64,000 nt of DNA from an uncultured Oscillospiraceae bacterium (GCA_947522735.1 CANNTZ010000002.1:1-64000), one strand, 5' to 3'. Counted from the stretch's first letter, positions 29,462 to 38,940 are shown. Notes: generated by a model not told the origin, from the letters alone. Numbers and translations: made by a program.

Positions 29462-31057
29462 TCAGAACGGTCTGATAGACGTAATAAAGTAATATATCCT
29501 GTCCATCCACATCCGCTTATTGTTGTGTGCAACGTCCTTCACGCTGATATTTGTCGCACCGATTGCGGGACAAAGCTCATGCGTAAAATCGATATGCGTC
29601 CGGTCTGCAATACGATCCTTCAACGGAACCGTCAGCATCATATCGGCAAGCTGCCGGTTGTTATACGGTACCGTCACATCGTGCGAAAACATGTGCTCGC
29701 AGCTCAGGACGTCGGCGCCCCAGCGGCTGTCCCTCATTTCAAGGTCTATGACGTCGCTCCAGTCGTAATTGAACATGTGCTCGTTATAGGCGGTGCTCCG
29801 CAGATAATCCCGATAGCGGGCATCCGTCGCGTACATCAGCGCGGGATTCATCAGAAAAATGTTGTTCATTGCGTTGACCCGCCGTGCCGTACATTTTTTC
29901 TGCATATGCCGCACACCGTAGCGCTTGTAGTAAAAGGCACGCCCTACCTCCGACGTCCACGACTTTACCTCAATATCAAACGGGTCGGCCTTCCTCAGGT
30001 ATATCCGTTTCATTATATCGTTATGGTTGAAATAAAGGCGGTTGCTGTTCACGCACAGGATCGCTCTTACCAGCTCATATTCCTGGCAGGTCGACCTGTC
30101 CAGCGGGATATCATAGGTTACATGCGGAGCTCCGACCGCCCGGCAGATAGCTTCCGCCGCATCGCAGTCCACTTTTTCGGCCGGCTGCGAGTTATAGGAG
30201 AAATACTGATATCGCTCCTTCACATGGATTGAGGCTGCCAGCGAGCCCTTGCTGTCCCGGCCCCCCGTCACAGACACGGCGGGGCGCGCCCATTTCTGCG
30301 AAATCAGGCTAAGGCTGTTTTTCATGATCTCGGCGATTTCATGGACCGTTTTGCGATATTCCGAGTCATTATCACACATGGTCAGGGGCTTGCGCGGCCA
30401 GATGCGAACCGTTTTGAACGTCCCGTCAGCGTAGACGGCATAATTGTTGCAGACCAGCTTTTTCAGCTCATGATAATGACTGATATCTCCGGGCAGGCCC
30501 TCGCCGTACAGACGGTACCAGCGATAATGCTCAAGCCTTGTTACATAGTCGTCGCGATGAAGCGTCTCAAGCTGCGCAACCAGTTCCTCGTGGGAGCAGA
30601 GATAAAAATGGCTGTTGACGTTTCCGTAGTAGGCGGTGCGCATGCTTTCAAAGTCGCCGCAAAAGGTCGCATGCTCTCCGGAAAGCATGCCTATTATAAA
30701 CAATCCCGTAAGCTTGTTTATAATTTCAAGGCCAGCTTCAAAGCAGCCCCGCGACCGCTCTGCAAGCGCGCACAGAATATCCCTCTCGTCTCTCCGGCCG
30801 GAAAACGGATCATACGCATGTCCTATCAGGAAGTAGGTCGTTCCGTTTTTTGAGGCGACATATAACCTCTGCCGGCAGTGAAGCCAGATATTAAAATTGT
30901 CCGAAAGCGACTCCCGCCGCCAGTTCCCGAAAAACGGAAACCTATCATCGATTGAGAGCTCCCGATCGGTGATCAGAAATCCCTGTTCGAAGATGGCGGA
31001 TTTGTATTCCGGAAAACGCTCGATATTTTCTTTTATATACGGCCAGTTTTCATTCAT
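29462..31057 (-). CDS. uncharacterised 531-aa protein with central PP-loop-like ATP pyrophosphatase motif (asparagine-synthetase-like C-domain without glutaminase domain)
   Basis: AVSVTGGRDSKGSLAA resembles SGGxDS PP-loop at ~residue 255; no N-terminal Cys glutaminase; ATGA overlap with upstream dehydrogenase. Confidence 0.5.
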   Translation of the reverse strand: MNENWPYIKENIERFPEYKSAIFEQGFLITDRELSIDDRFPFFGNWRRESLSDNFNIWLHCRQRLYVASKNGTTYFLIGHAYDPFSGRRDERDILCALAERSRGCFEAGLEIINKLTGLFIIGMLSGEHATFCGDFESMRTAYYGNVNSHFYLCSHEELVAQLETLHRDDYVTRLEHYRWYRLYGEGLPGDISHYHELKKLVCNNYAVYADGTFKTVRIWPRKPLTMCDNDSEYRKTVHEIAEIMKNSLSLISQKWARPAVSVTGGRDSKGSLAASIHVKERYQYFSYNSQPAEKVDCDAAEAICRAVGAPHVTYDIPLDRSTCQEYELVRAILCVNSNRLYFNHNDIMKRIYLRKADPFDIEVKSWTSEVGRAFYYKRYGVRHMQKKCTARRVNAMNNIFLMNPALMYATDARYRDYLRSTAYNEHMFNYDWSDVIDLEMRDSRWGADVLSCEHMFSHDVTVPYNNRQLADMMLTVPLKDRIADRTHIDFTHELCPAIGATNISVKDVAHNNKRMWMDRIYYFITSIRPF

Positions 31058-31938
31058 TCAAGGCCCTCCCGTATCTCCTCCCACAGCCGCGCCCGGTTTC
31101 CGTCGCCTACAAAGCCGTTGTGCGGGGTCAGAATCACGTTTTCCATATCCCACAGCGGGCTTTTTTCCGACAGCGGCTCCTCCTCGAACACATCCAGCGC
31201 CGCTCGGCCCCCGGATAGCAGCCATGCAGTCAGGGCGGCCTCGTCCGCAAGCGCGCCGCGGGCAATGTTTACGAATATCGCGTCAGGGCCCAGCCGCTCA
31301 AAAACAGCCTTGTTCACGATGCCGCGGGTTTCCGGCGTCAGGGCGATGCAGCAGATCAGAATATCACAGAAAGCCGCGACGGCCGGGAGCTTGTCAAGCG
31401 GCAGAAGCTCCTCAAAATCCGGCAGCCTTCGCACCGTGCGGTTCACTCCGGTGATTCGGCAGCCAAAGGCTTGCAGTCGTTTTGCAATTTCCTGTCCCAC
31501 GTCGCCGCAGCCGAGAATGCACACCCTCTTGTCTGTCAGCTCCAGAAGGCCGCGGTGCTTTTCCCACCTGTGCCGTCTTTGATTCGCCGCGAAAAAGCGG
31601 CTCTGCTTATAAAGCTGTAAAATTCCGCAGACGGCGAGCTCCGCCACAGGGACGCTGTACACGCGTGCGGCGTTGTGCAGTTCAATGCCGCGAGCACGGA
31701 TATAATCCAGCGGCACGCGGTCAAGTCCCGCGCTGGTGAGCTGAATCAGCCTGAGCCTCGTGAAGCGCTCGATGGGGGTATATTGAAACAGGCCGTTACA
31801 GACCACCGCCTCGTAACGCTCGGGAGCCGGCACCGGCTCGCGCTCGTCCCGGTGAAGGGCGACAGTGTGCCCAGCGGCCTCCAGCTCCGCTTTTTCGGCG
31901 GGCTCAAGCGGAAATGCTCCGGTAATCAGGATGTTCAC
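31054..31938 (-). CDS. D-isomer-specific 2-hydroxyacid dehydrogenase family (NAD-dependent)
   Basis: Rossmann ILGCGDVGQEIAKRLQAFGC; catalytic R/E/H arrangement (NVILTPH). Confidence 0.8.
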   Translation of the reverse strand: MNILITGAFPLEPAEKAELEAAGHTVALHRDEREPVPAPERYEAVVCNGLFQYTPIERFTRLRLIQLTSAGLDRVPLDYIRARGIELHNAARVYSVPVAELAVCGILQLYKQSRFFAANQRRHRWEKHRGLLELTDKRVCILGCGDVGQEIAKRLQAFGCRITGVNRTVRRLPDFEELLPLDKLPAVAAFCDILICCIALTPETRGIVNKAVFERLGPDAIFVNIARGALADEAALTAWLLSGGRAALDVFEEEPLSEKSPLWDMENVILTPHNGFVGDGNRARLWEEIREGLE

Positions 31939-32759
31939 ACTCTCATCTCCCTCACTATCTCCCCGACGCGCGCAACAACCCGACGGCGGTTATCCTCAAG
32001 CTGCTCCTGAGCCCACGCGGCGCACTCCCCTTCCACGCGCCTTATGTCCGCAATGCCTCCGGTAAAAATGCGCCGCAGCTCCCGTAGATCGGCGACTCTG
32101 TGCGAATCGCAGAAGCTGCGGGACAGAATGACATACTGCGAGCCAAGGCGAACGTGCTCTCCGATGATAAGCTCCGCGGGGAGCGTTCCGCTTCCCGGAC
32201 GTCCGACGCCGCCAAAGCCGCAGGGAATATTGGCATCCTGAAGCTGTCTGCAAAGACGTTCCACAGTGCCGTCCGCAAGCAATTGAAACATGAAGCTCAT
32301 ATTATAGCACAGATGCAGGTCGTTGAGGCCGATGTGCATTTCGTCGATTCCGGGAACGGCAAGCGCCTGAGCAAGCGATCTTGCCGCTTCGTCCGTCTCC
32401 AGCAGCGGCATGGTCCTTGCACGCCCGCCGACGATATCCGCAAAACGCCGCAGCTCGTCCGCCGTGCGCCACATCGGGAGCATTATCACATCCGCACCGC
32501 TTTCGATGGAGGCGTCGATCTCCGCCTGCGAGCTCGGGTTCAACGGATCGATCCGCGCCATGACCTCCGCGCGGCCTCCTATAGCCTCGCGAACTCTTGC
32601 AATGTCCTCCTGCGTGTGGTGCGACTGCACCGTATCTCTGCCCCGCTGGCGCTCCGTCTTCCCCAGCGCCTCCATATCGATGAATATACGATCCACGCCC
32701 GCGTCAACGGCAATTTTCGCCACATCCGGAGCGTTCGTTATGTACATCAGTTTAAGCAT
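31935..32759 (-). CDS. HpcH/HpaI aldolase / citrate-lyase beta-like family protein
   Basis: TIM-barrel class II pyruvate aldolase-like pattern (FIDMEALGK, MLPMWRTADE, ETDEAA). Confidence 0.55.
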   Translation of the reverse strand: MLKLMYITNAPDVAKIAVDAGVDRIFIDMEALGKTERQRGRDTVQSHHTQEDIARVREAIGGRAEVMARIDPLNPSSQAEIDASIESGADVIMLPMWRTADELRRFADIVGGRARTMPLLETDEAARSLAQALAVPGIDEMHIGLNDLHLCYNMSFMFQLLADGTVERLCRQLQDANIPCGFGGVGRPGSGTLPAELIIGEHVRLGSQYVILSRSFCDSHRVADLRELRRIFTGGIADIRRVEGECAAWAQEQLEDNRRRVVARVGEIVREMRV

Positions 32760-32768
32760 ACCGTCTCC

Positions 32769-33383
32769 TCAGACCGTCGCTCCCACGTTTTCGTTGTCAT
32801 CGTTGCGAACAACTCTCTTAACGGTGAGCCACAGTATCTTCAAATCAAAGGCAAGGCTGCAATGCTCCGCATAATATACGTTCAGCTCGATGCGTCTGTG
32901 CCATTCCACCGTCTTTCTGCCGTTGACCTGCGCCCATCCGGTTACGCCCGGACGGACCTCGAACATGCGAAGCTGCTCTGCGGTATACTGCTCGAACGGC
33001 CACGGATGATAGGTCAGCGGAGGACGCGGGCCGATTATCGCCATATCTCCCTTTAGTATATTAAAAAGCTGCGGAAGCTCGTCGATGCTTGTCGCGCGGA
33101 TAAGCTTTCCCACCTTCGTCACGCGCGGGTCGCCCTTTTCGCTGTATACGCCGCTGCCGGTGTGCTCCGCGCCCACCTTCATCGAGCGGAATTTGTAGAT
33201 TGTGAACTCCTTCCCGTGCAGGCCCAGACGCCGTTGCCTGAAAAGCGCCGGGCCGGGCGAGGTCAGCCTGACGGCAAGAGCCACCCCCAGAAGCAGCGGA
33301 GACAGGAGCACGAGCGCGACCGCCGAAGCAACGATGTCGAGCGCACGTTTGCCAAATCTTTTGTACATCTGTCCGAAATCCAC
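32769..33383 (-). CDS. undecaprenyl-phosphate sugar phosphotransferase (bacterial sugar transferase, PglC/WbaP C-domain type) - priming enzyme
   Basis: single N-terminal TM, KFRSM, DELPQLFNILKGDMAIIGPRP signature. Confidence 0.85.
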   Translation of the reverse strand: MDFGQMYKRFGKRALDIVASAVALVLLSPLLLGVALAVRLTSPGPALFRQRRLGLHGKEFTIYKFRSMKVGAEHTGSGVYSEKGDPRVTKVGKLIRATSIDELPQLFNILKGDMAIIGPRPPLTYHPWPFEQYTAEQLRMFEVRPGVTGWAQVNGRKTVEWHRRIELNVYYAEHCSLAFDLKILWLTVKRVVRNDDNENVGATV

Positions 33384-33493
33384 CTTTTTATTCCGCTGCC
33401 GTCGGCTCCGGTCTCCCGCCCTACTTCCGGAGGCGGGCCGGCGACCCTTTGAGGCGGAGCTACGCCTGCCGGACGGCGGCTTGTCCTGCTTTT

Positions 33494-33523
33494 AATCATA
33501 CCATTTTTTAGCGATAATTGCAA
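33494..33523 (-). promoter_or_regulatory. sigma70 promoter of polysaccharide operon
   Basis: minus strand TTGCAA-17-TGgTATGAT (extended -10); ~105-nt GC-rich structured leader before priming transferase start. Confidence 0.55.
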
Positions 33524-33560
33524 TGCCTTGGGGCACTCCATATTCCGGCGATGACCGCCC

Positions 33561-34421
33561 TTATTCACTTCCGCCGCTCCGTTTTTCCGTTTGGGGCAGC
33601 ACCTGCTCTGCAAAATATTTCCTCTGTGCAGCGGCAAACCAGCGTTCAAAGGCTTGAGACGCCCTGCGACTGACTTTCAAGAGCGGAAGCAGCATGTCAA
33701 ACGCGTGGAACAGTCCCGGGTAGATGTCGATATCCGCCGCAACGCCCGCCTTTCTCAGGTTATCGATATAATCGACCGTCTCCGCATAGAACGGCTCGTT
33801 TGTCGAAACAAAGGTGTAGGCCGGAGGAAGCCCGGAATAGTCTTGCCTTCGAGCCGGCGCGGCATAGCACGGGATCTCCCGTCCCGCAAGACCGCGAAGA
33901 TATTTTGACCAGCCGCGATGATTGCGACGCGTGTTCCAGACCGGCGCGCGATTATCCCTTGAGGTCTCCGTGTCCTCGTTGTCGAGCATCGGATAAAGCG
34001 GCATCTGTGCGGCAAGCCGTACGCCGCCGTTGTCGTACTCATACATGCACAGCGCCGCGGCAAGCCCGCCGCCTGCGCTCTCCCCGCCGACCATTAGCTG
34101 CTCGGAGCGGACGCCGAGCCTTTCGGCGTGTTCTCTGAGCCACAGGAGCGCGTTGTGGCAGTCGATGAGCGCCGCTGGATAGGGAGCCCTTCCCGACAGC
34201 CTGTATCCGGGAGCGGCTACGACGGCGCCGAAGCGCTTAACAAGCGCCCTTGCGCGGGAAATATAGACCATTTCCGCCATGCCTGTGACATATCCGCCCC
34301 CGTGGAGCCACAATATGCCCGTTCGCTTTTCTGCGGGCGCGCTCCCGGCCGGCGACAGGAGGATGAGCTTCATCCGGTATCCGTCCGAGTATATATATTC
34401 TCTTTTCGACCGGTATCTCAT
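33561..34421 (-). CDS. alpha/beta hydrolase fold-3 esterase/lipase
   Basis: HGGGYVTG oxyanion motif, GGESAGGGL nucleophile elbow (GxSxG). Confidence 0.8.
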   Translation of the reverse strand: MRYRSKREYIYSDGYRMKLILLSPAGSAPAEKRTGILWLHGGGYVTGMAEMVYISRARALVKRFGAVVAAPGYRLSGRAPYPAALIDCHNALLWLREHAERLGVRSEQLMVGGESAGGGLAAALCMYEYDNGGVRLAAQMPLYPMLDNEDTETSRDNRAPVWNTRRNHRGWSKYLRGLAGREIPCYAAPARRQDYSGLPPAYTFVSTNEPFYAETVDYIDNLRKAGVAADIDIYPGLFHAFDMLLPLLKVSRRASQAFERWFAAAQRKYFAEQVLPQTEKRSGGSE

Positions 34422-35317
34422 AGTTGACCGTTCGCTTTCAGAAACTCCGCCATTTCGGCGTTCGCCCGCTGCGCCTCCGGCGTTTCCGGCAGCATGGCGG
34501 CAAAGGCGTGCGGCAGCTTTTTCCCGGCCTCCATGTCAAGCAGCCTGTGTTTTGCTCCGTTCCTCGCGAGCGCCGAAGCGAACCGGCGGCTGTAGCAGCG
34601 TAGAAAATCCCCCTTTGCCGTGACAAGAAAACAGGGCGGCAGGCTTTGCGTCAGCTCCGGCACCTCCGGGTCGGTGTACCGGCAAAAGCCGCGCCTGCGC
34701 CAGCCCTTTCCGTAAATCATATTCGGCAGGAAAAGCCCTATTTTATCCGGCCTGCGGGTGTAAAACATACCGCTCTGTAGGCCGAGCGCGCCAATCCTGC
34801 ACCGCACCGGCCCTGTGCCTGCGGCTTTCGCCATTTGGGCGCTGTTCTGTATCGCCGCAAGGTAGACGCAGAGATATGCTCCCGCGCTGTCGCCGCACAG
34901 ATAAAGGCGGGAGGCGTCGCCGCCATATTTCTCCGCAAGCTCGCACGCGCGGTCTATACCGGCGGTCAGGTCACGGAATATATCAAAGATATCCGCCTTT
35001 GGAGCCAGCGGATATTCAATGCAGAACACAACGAAGCCCCTTTTGCACATATCTGCACAAAACAGGCGATTCACCTCCTTCTTTCCCAGAAGAAATCCTC
35101 CGCCGTGGATATCAATCAGCACCGGAAGCTTTTCGCGGCTTTCCTCCGGCCTGTAGATATCTATCCTATGGCAGGGCTTTCCGTCGCCCACGTAGTCCAC
35201 GTCCGCCGTCAACCGGACGTCCTCCGGAAACGGATTTTCCCTGTCGTGCTTTTCCTGCCAGCTCTCAAGCATCCGCTCCTGCTTTTCCGTCTGTTTTTTC
35301 ACCATATTTTCAAGCAT
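34418..35317 (-). CDS. alpha/beta hydrolase fold-3 esterase/lipase (paralog)
   Basis: IHGGGFLLG, CGDSAGAYL (GxSxG); start MLENMVKK with ACGGAGGC RBS. Confidence 0.75.
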   Translation of the reverse strand: MLENMVKKQTEKQERMLESWQEKHDRENPFPEDVRLTADVDYVGDGKPCHRIDIYRPEESREKLPVLIDIHGGGFLLGKKEVNRLFCADMCKRGFVVFCIEYPLAPKADIFDIFRDLTAGIDRACELAEKYGGDASRLYLCGDSAGAYLCVYLAAIQNSAQMAKAAGTGPVRCRIGALGLQSGMFYTRRPDKIGLFLPNMIYGKGWRRRGFCRYTDPEVPELTQSLPPCFLVTAKGDFLRCYSRRFASALARNGAKHRLLDMEAGKKLPHAFAAMLPETPEAQRANAEMAEFLKANGQL

Positions 35318-35510
35318 ATCGGGCCTCCGTTTTAAATGATACGACTTGACCTGCATAGCGCGTCTGCAATTGGACGGGCGATATTGCATTGCGCCTGTCG
35401 ATGATTTCTCCAAAAAGGGCGGGATCGCCATATTCTGCTCATCCCGCCCCGTTCAGTTGTGTTATACACACAAAAACGCTTTTAAAAATTCCTTTTATTT
35501 GTATGCCGTC

Positions 35511-35930
35511 TCAGCTCTCGCGCTTGCGGTAGACCATATAGCCCTCGAGGATAAGCACCGCGGCAACCGCGTCCACCACCTGCTTGCGGCGCTTTCCGCG
35601 CACGTCTGTGACATTCAGGATATCGTGCGCCGCCACGGTCGTGCGCCGCTCGTCCCACAGCGCCACCTCAAGCCCGGTGCGCTCGCGCAGGTCTGCGGCA
35701 AGCTGTTCGCACTTCCTTGCGCGCTCTCCGGTCGAGCCGTCCATATTTTTGGGATAGCCCAGCACAAGCAGCTCGGCGCGTTGCTCCGCTGCCGTCTCGG
35801 CAAGCCTTTCCAACAGCCTCTCCCTGTCTCTTTCTGCGATGACGCCGGCCGGAGACGCCAGCAGCTCGTCCTTGTCGCAGACCGCCAGCCCGGTCCGTGC
35901 GTCGCCATAATCGATAGCCATTATCCTCAT
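35511..35930 (-). CDS. ruvX: Holliday-junction resolvase-like RuvX/YqgF
   Basis: MRIMAIDYGDARTGLAVCD RNase H-like N-terminus; GAGGAGG RBS. Confidence 0.85.
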   Translation of the reverse strand: MRIMAIDYGDARTGLAVCDKDELLASPAGVIAERDRERLLERLAETAAEQRAELLVLGYPKNMDGSTGERARKCEQLAADLRERTGLEVALWDERRTTVAAHDILNVTDVRGKRRKQVVDAVAAVLILEGYMVYRKRES

Positions 35931-35948
35931 CCCGCACCTCCTCACGGC

Positions 35949-36614
35949 TCAGCCCTTGAGCCCGTCGCCGTTTACGTATTCCTCAAACAACGTCAGCTCC
36001 GACCTCGGCAGATGAGAAACGTCGCCGCTGAACACGACATGCGGACGCAGCTTATCGTCGTAATCCACCCGTGTTACGCCGGTATTGAAGCTGTGTTTTA
36101 AATTTTTAAGCTCGCTCAGCGGCTTTCCCTGTGCGGAACAGGTATACGCCCGGATGAAATCGCCGTGCGACACCACCGCTACGGTGCGTCCCGGATTCTC
36201 CGCCGCTATCCTTCCCAAGGCATTCACTGCGCGTGCGCTCACCTGCGCCATTGCCTCGCCGCCCGGCGAGGAAAACGCGCCGGGATCGTGTATGTAGCGC
36301 TCCATTTCGTCCGGATAGTTTGCCGTAAGTCTCCTAAAGTCAAGGCCCTCCAGCTCGCCCACATCGATCTCATGCAGCTCGTGCCGTAGCGTTACGTCCA
36401 GCCGTTGTGCGCGACCTATCGCCTTTGCCGTCTCGACAGCACGCATCAGCGGACTGGAATAGATGCGGTCAAGCCTTATCTCCGCAAAGCGCTTTGCCAG
36501 AAATTCAAGCTGTCTGTAGCCTTTTTCCGAGAGCGGCACATCGGTGACGCCACAAAAGTTCCCTTCAATATTGCTCTGCGACATCGCATGACGAACAAGA
36601 TATATCGTCGTCAT
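35949..36614 (-). CDS. histidine phosphatase family protein (phosphoglycerate mutase-like)
   Basis: IYLVRHAMSQSN...G (RHG motif), C-terminal VSHG. Confidence 0.8.
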   Translation of the reverse strand: MTTIYLVRHAMSQSNIEGNFCGVTDVPLSEKGYRQLEFLAKRFAEIRLDRIYSSPLMRAVETAKAIGRAQRLDVTLRHELHEIDVGELEGLDFRRLTANYPDEMERYIHDPGAFSSPGGEAMAQVSARAVNALGRIAAENPGRTVAVVSHGDFIRAYTCSAQGKPLSELKNLKHSFNTGVTRVDYDDKLRPHVVFSGDVSHLPRSELTLFEEYVNGDGLKG

Positions 36615-37249
36615 AAAAGCACCTCTTTATCCTTGAGCGCCGGATTGTGTGAGCAATCGTCACAGAATACGACGCGCAAAGACAGCTTTTCGTCATAGTC
36701 CACCCGCATTACGCCGGTGTTGTGGCTGTGATCCACCTTTTTCAGCTCACACAGCGGTAGGCCGAGCGCCGCGCCGGTATACGAGCGGATAAAGTCCCCG
36801 TGCGACACCACCGCGACTACCCCGCCGGGATTTTCCTCCACGATACGTCTCATCGCCCGGGTCGAGCGCTCCCGGAGCTGCGCCGCGGATTCTCCTTCCG
36901 GCGCGCAGAAGCTGCCCGGATCGTTTTTGTAGCGTTCAAACTCTTCGTGATAAATCCTGTCTATCTCGTCAAACGTGCGTCCCTGAAAATCTCCGGCGTC
37001 AAGCTCCATCAGGTCGTATCTCAGCGTTATATCGAGCCGCTGCGAGCGACCCACCGCCTTCGCCGTCTCGCAAGCGCGCATCAGCGGGCTGGAATAGACG
37101 CGGTCAAGCCTTATCTTCGCAAAGCGCGCCGCAAGAAAATCGAGCTGTGCATAGCCCTCGCAGCTCAGCGGTATATCGCGCTGTCCGCAATAAAAGCCTC
37201 CGTCGTTCCCGTTCGACATCGCGTGCCGTATCAAATATATTGTTGTCAT
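36611..37249 (-). CDS. histidine phosphatase family protein (tandem paralog)
   Basis: IYLIRHAMSNGN..., VSHGDFIRSY; ~60% identical to neighbour. Confidence 0.8.
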   Translation of the reverse strand: MTTIYLIRHAMSNGNDGGFYCGQRDIPLSCEGYAQLDFLAARFAKIRLDRVYSSPLMRACETAKAVGRSQRLDITLRYDLMELDAGDFQGRTFDEIDRIYHEEFERYKNDPGSFCAPEGESAAQLRERSTRAMRRIVEENPGGVVAVVSHGDFIRSYTGAALGLPLCELKKVDHSHNTGVMRVDYDEKLSLRVVFCDDCSHNPALKDKEVLL

Positions 37250-38160
37250 TACCATTCCTCCGCCTTTCCTACAATATCCTCAACGCGCTCTATACCGTTC
37301 CGGTCCATCCAGCGCTCAAGGCCGTCTATAATATCGAGCGGAGACGTTGGATCCGTGAACATCGCCGTACCAACCTGTACCGCGCATGCTCCGGCAAGCA
37401 GCATCTCCACCGCATTTTTCCAGCTTGACACGCCGCCAAGCCCGATAACCGGAATATCCACCGCGCGCGCGACCTGCCAGACCATCCTCAGCGCCACCGG
37501 AAACACCGCCGGCCCCGAAAGACCGCCCATATTATTGCGCAGCACCGGGCGGCGCGTCTCAATATCGATACGCATACCGAGCAGCGTGTTTATCAGCGAG
37601 AGCGCGTCGGCTCCGGCGGCCTCGGCCACCCTTGCGATGGATACTATGTCGGTCACGTTCGGCGAGAGCTTGACAATGAGCGGCTTTGTGCAGACGCTCC
37701 GCACCTCGCTAACCACCCGCTTCACCGATTCCTCACGCACGCCAAAGGCGATACCTCCCTCTCGCACGTTCGGGCAGGATATGTTCAGCTCGATCATGTC
37801 TATCCCGTCCACGCACGCGCGCCGAACCGCCTCGCCGCAGCTTTCGACGGTGCTCCCGGCAATATTTGCGATAACGACGGTATTTTTCCCCTTTATCCGC
37901 GGGAGGTGCTCCCGCACCAGCGCGTCCACGCCGGGGTTTTGCAGTCCGACGCTGTTGAGAATGCCGGACGGCGTTTCGGCAATGCGCACCGGCGGATTTC
38001 CCGGTCGCGGCTCAAGTGTTGTGCCCTTGAGCGATATCCCGCCGAGCCGTTCAACGGGATAAAGCTCCTCGTAATCCTCGCCGAAGCCAAAGCAGCCCGA
38101 TGCCGCGATTATCGGATTTTTGAACTCGACTCCGGCGATTTTAACTGACAGCTCCGCCAT
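37249..38160 (-). CDS. pyrD: dihydroorotate dehydrogenase (class 1B) catalytic subunit
   Basis: IIAASGCFGFG, NVGLQNPGVD, FMN-binding GGVSSWKNA. Confidence 0.9.
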   Translation of the reverse strand: MAELSVKIAGVEFKNPIIAASGCFGFGEDYEELYPVERLGGISLKGTTLEPRPGNPPVRIAETPSGILNSVGLQNPGVDALVREHLPRIKGKNTVVIANIAGSTVESCGEAVRRACVDGIDMIELNISCPNVREGGIAFGVREESVKRVVSEVRSVCTKPLIVKLSPNVTDIVSIARVAEAAGADALSLINTLLGMRIDIETRRPVLRNNMGGLSGPAVFPVALRMVWQVARAVDIPVIGLGGVSSWKNAVEMLLAGACAVQVGTAMFTDPTSPLDIIDGLERWMDRNGIERVEDIVGKAEEW

Positions 38161-38181
38161 TTTACACCTCTTTTTTCTATT

Positions 38182-38940
38182 TTAAAGCTCCACGTCGGTC
38201 GCTTCAAACACAGGCCCGTCCTTACAGACGCGCTTGTAGCCCTCGTCCGCTTTTACCTTGCAGGCGCAGACGAGACACGCCCCCACTCCGCAGCCCATCC
38301 GCTGCTCCAGCGAAAGCTGGCAGCGTACTCCGAGCCTTTCCGCAAGCGCGGCGGCGTATTTCAGCAGCGGAGACGGCCCGCAGGCGTAGACGATATCGGG
38401 ACGGCGCTTTTCGGCAAGCGCATCCGCAGCGGCGCTGACGTAGCCTCTCACGCCGCGCGAGCCGTCCTCTGTGGCAATTGCCGTCTCGCAGAGGGACGCG
38501 AAATCGCGCTCCAATATGACCGCGCCGCCATGACGGAAGCCAAGCGCCGCAGCCGCGTCATCTCCGTAATATTTGGCGAGCTCCAGCAGCGGAGGCACGC
38601 CGATCCCGCCGCCTATCAGCAGCGCACGCGCGCCCTTTATCAGCTCAAAGCCGTTTCCGAGCGGTGCAAGCAGGTCAAGCGTCTCACCGGCCCTGCGCCC
38701 GGCAAGCCACCGCGTCCCCTCTCCACGCACCTCGAATACGAGTCTTATCCCGTCCGAGCGTTTTTCGCAGATAGAGATCGGGCGGCGCAGCGTAAAGCCC
38801 TCACAGCGTATATCGGCAAATTGCCCGGGACGTACCTCATCGGCAAGCTCCGGGCAATCCAGCCACACGCTGTAAATATCGCCGATACCGCGTGCAACGA
38901 GCTCTTTTTCGGTTATTTTACAGCTTTTTTCTATTTTCAT
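38182..38940 (-). CDS. pyrK: dihydroorotate dehydrogenase electron-transfer subunit
   Basis: FAD/NAD ferredoxin-reductase fold, C-terminal [12 protein letters not shown] 2Fe-2S motif. Confidence 0.85.
   Translation of the reverse strand: MKIEKSCKITEKELVARGIGDIYSVWLDCPELADEVRPGQFADIRCEGFTLRRPISICEKRSDGIRLVFEVRGEGTRWLAGRRAGETLDLLAPLGNGFELIKGARALLIGGGIGVPPLLELAKYYGDDAAAALGFRHGGAVILERDFASLCETAIATEDGSRGVRGYVSAAADALAEKRRPDIVYACGPSPLLKYAAALAERLGVRCQLSLEQRMGCGVGACLVCACKVKADEGYKRVCKDGPVFEATDVEL

Noticed and set aside
29090-30232. 380-aa plus-strand ORF
   Set aside because: Antisense to GT4 and PP-loop protein genes; no motifs; the minus-strand genes have RBS and coupling
36800-38062. 420-aa plus-strand ORF
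   Set aside because: Antisense to histidine phosphatase/pyrD; Pro/Ser/Arg-rich spurious frame
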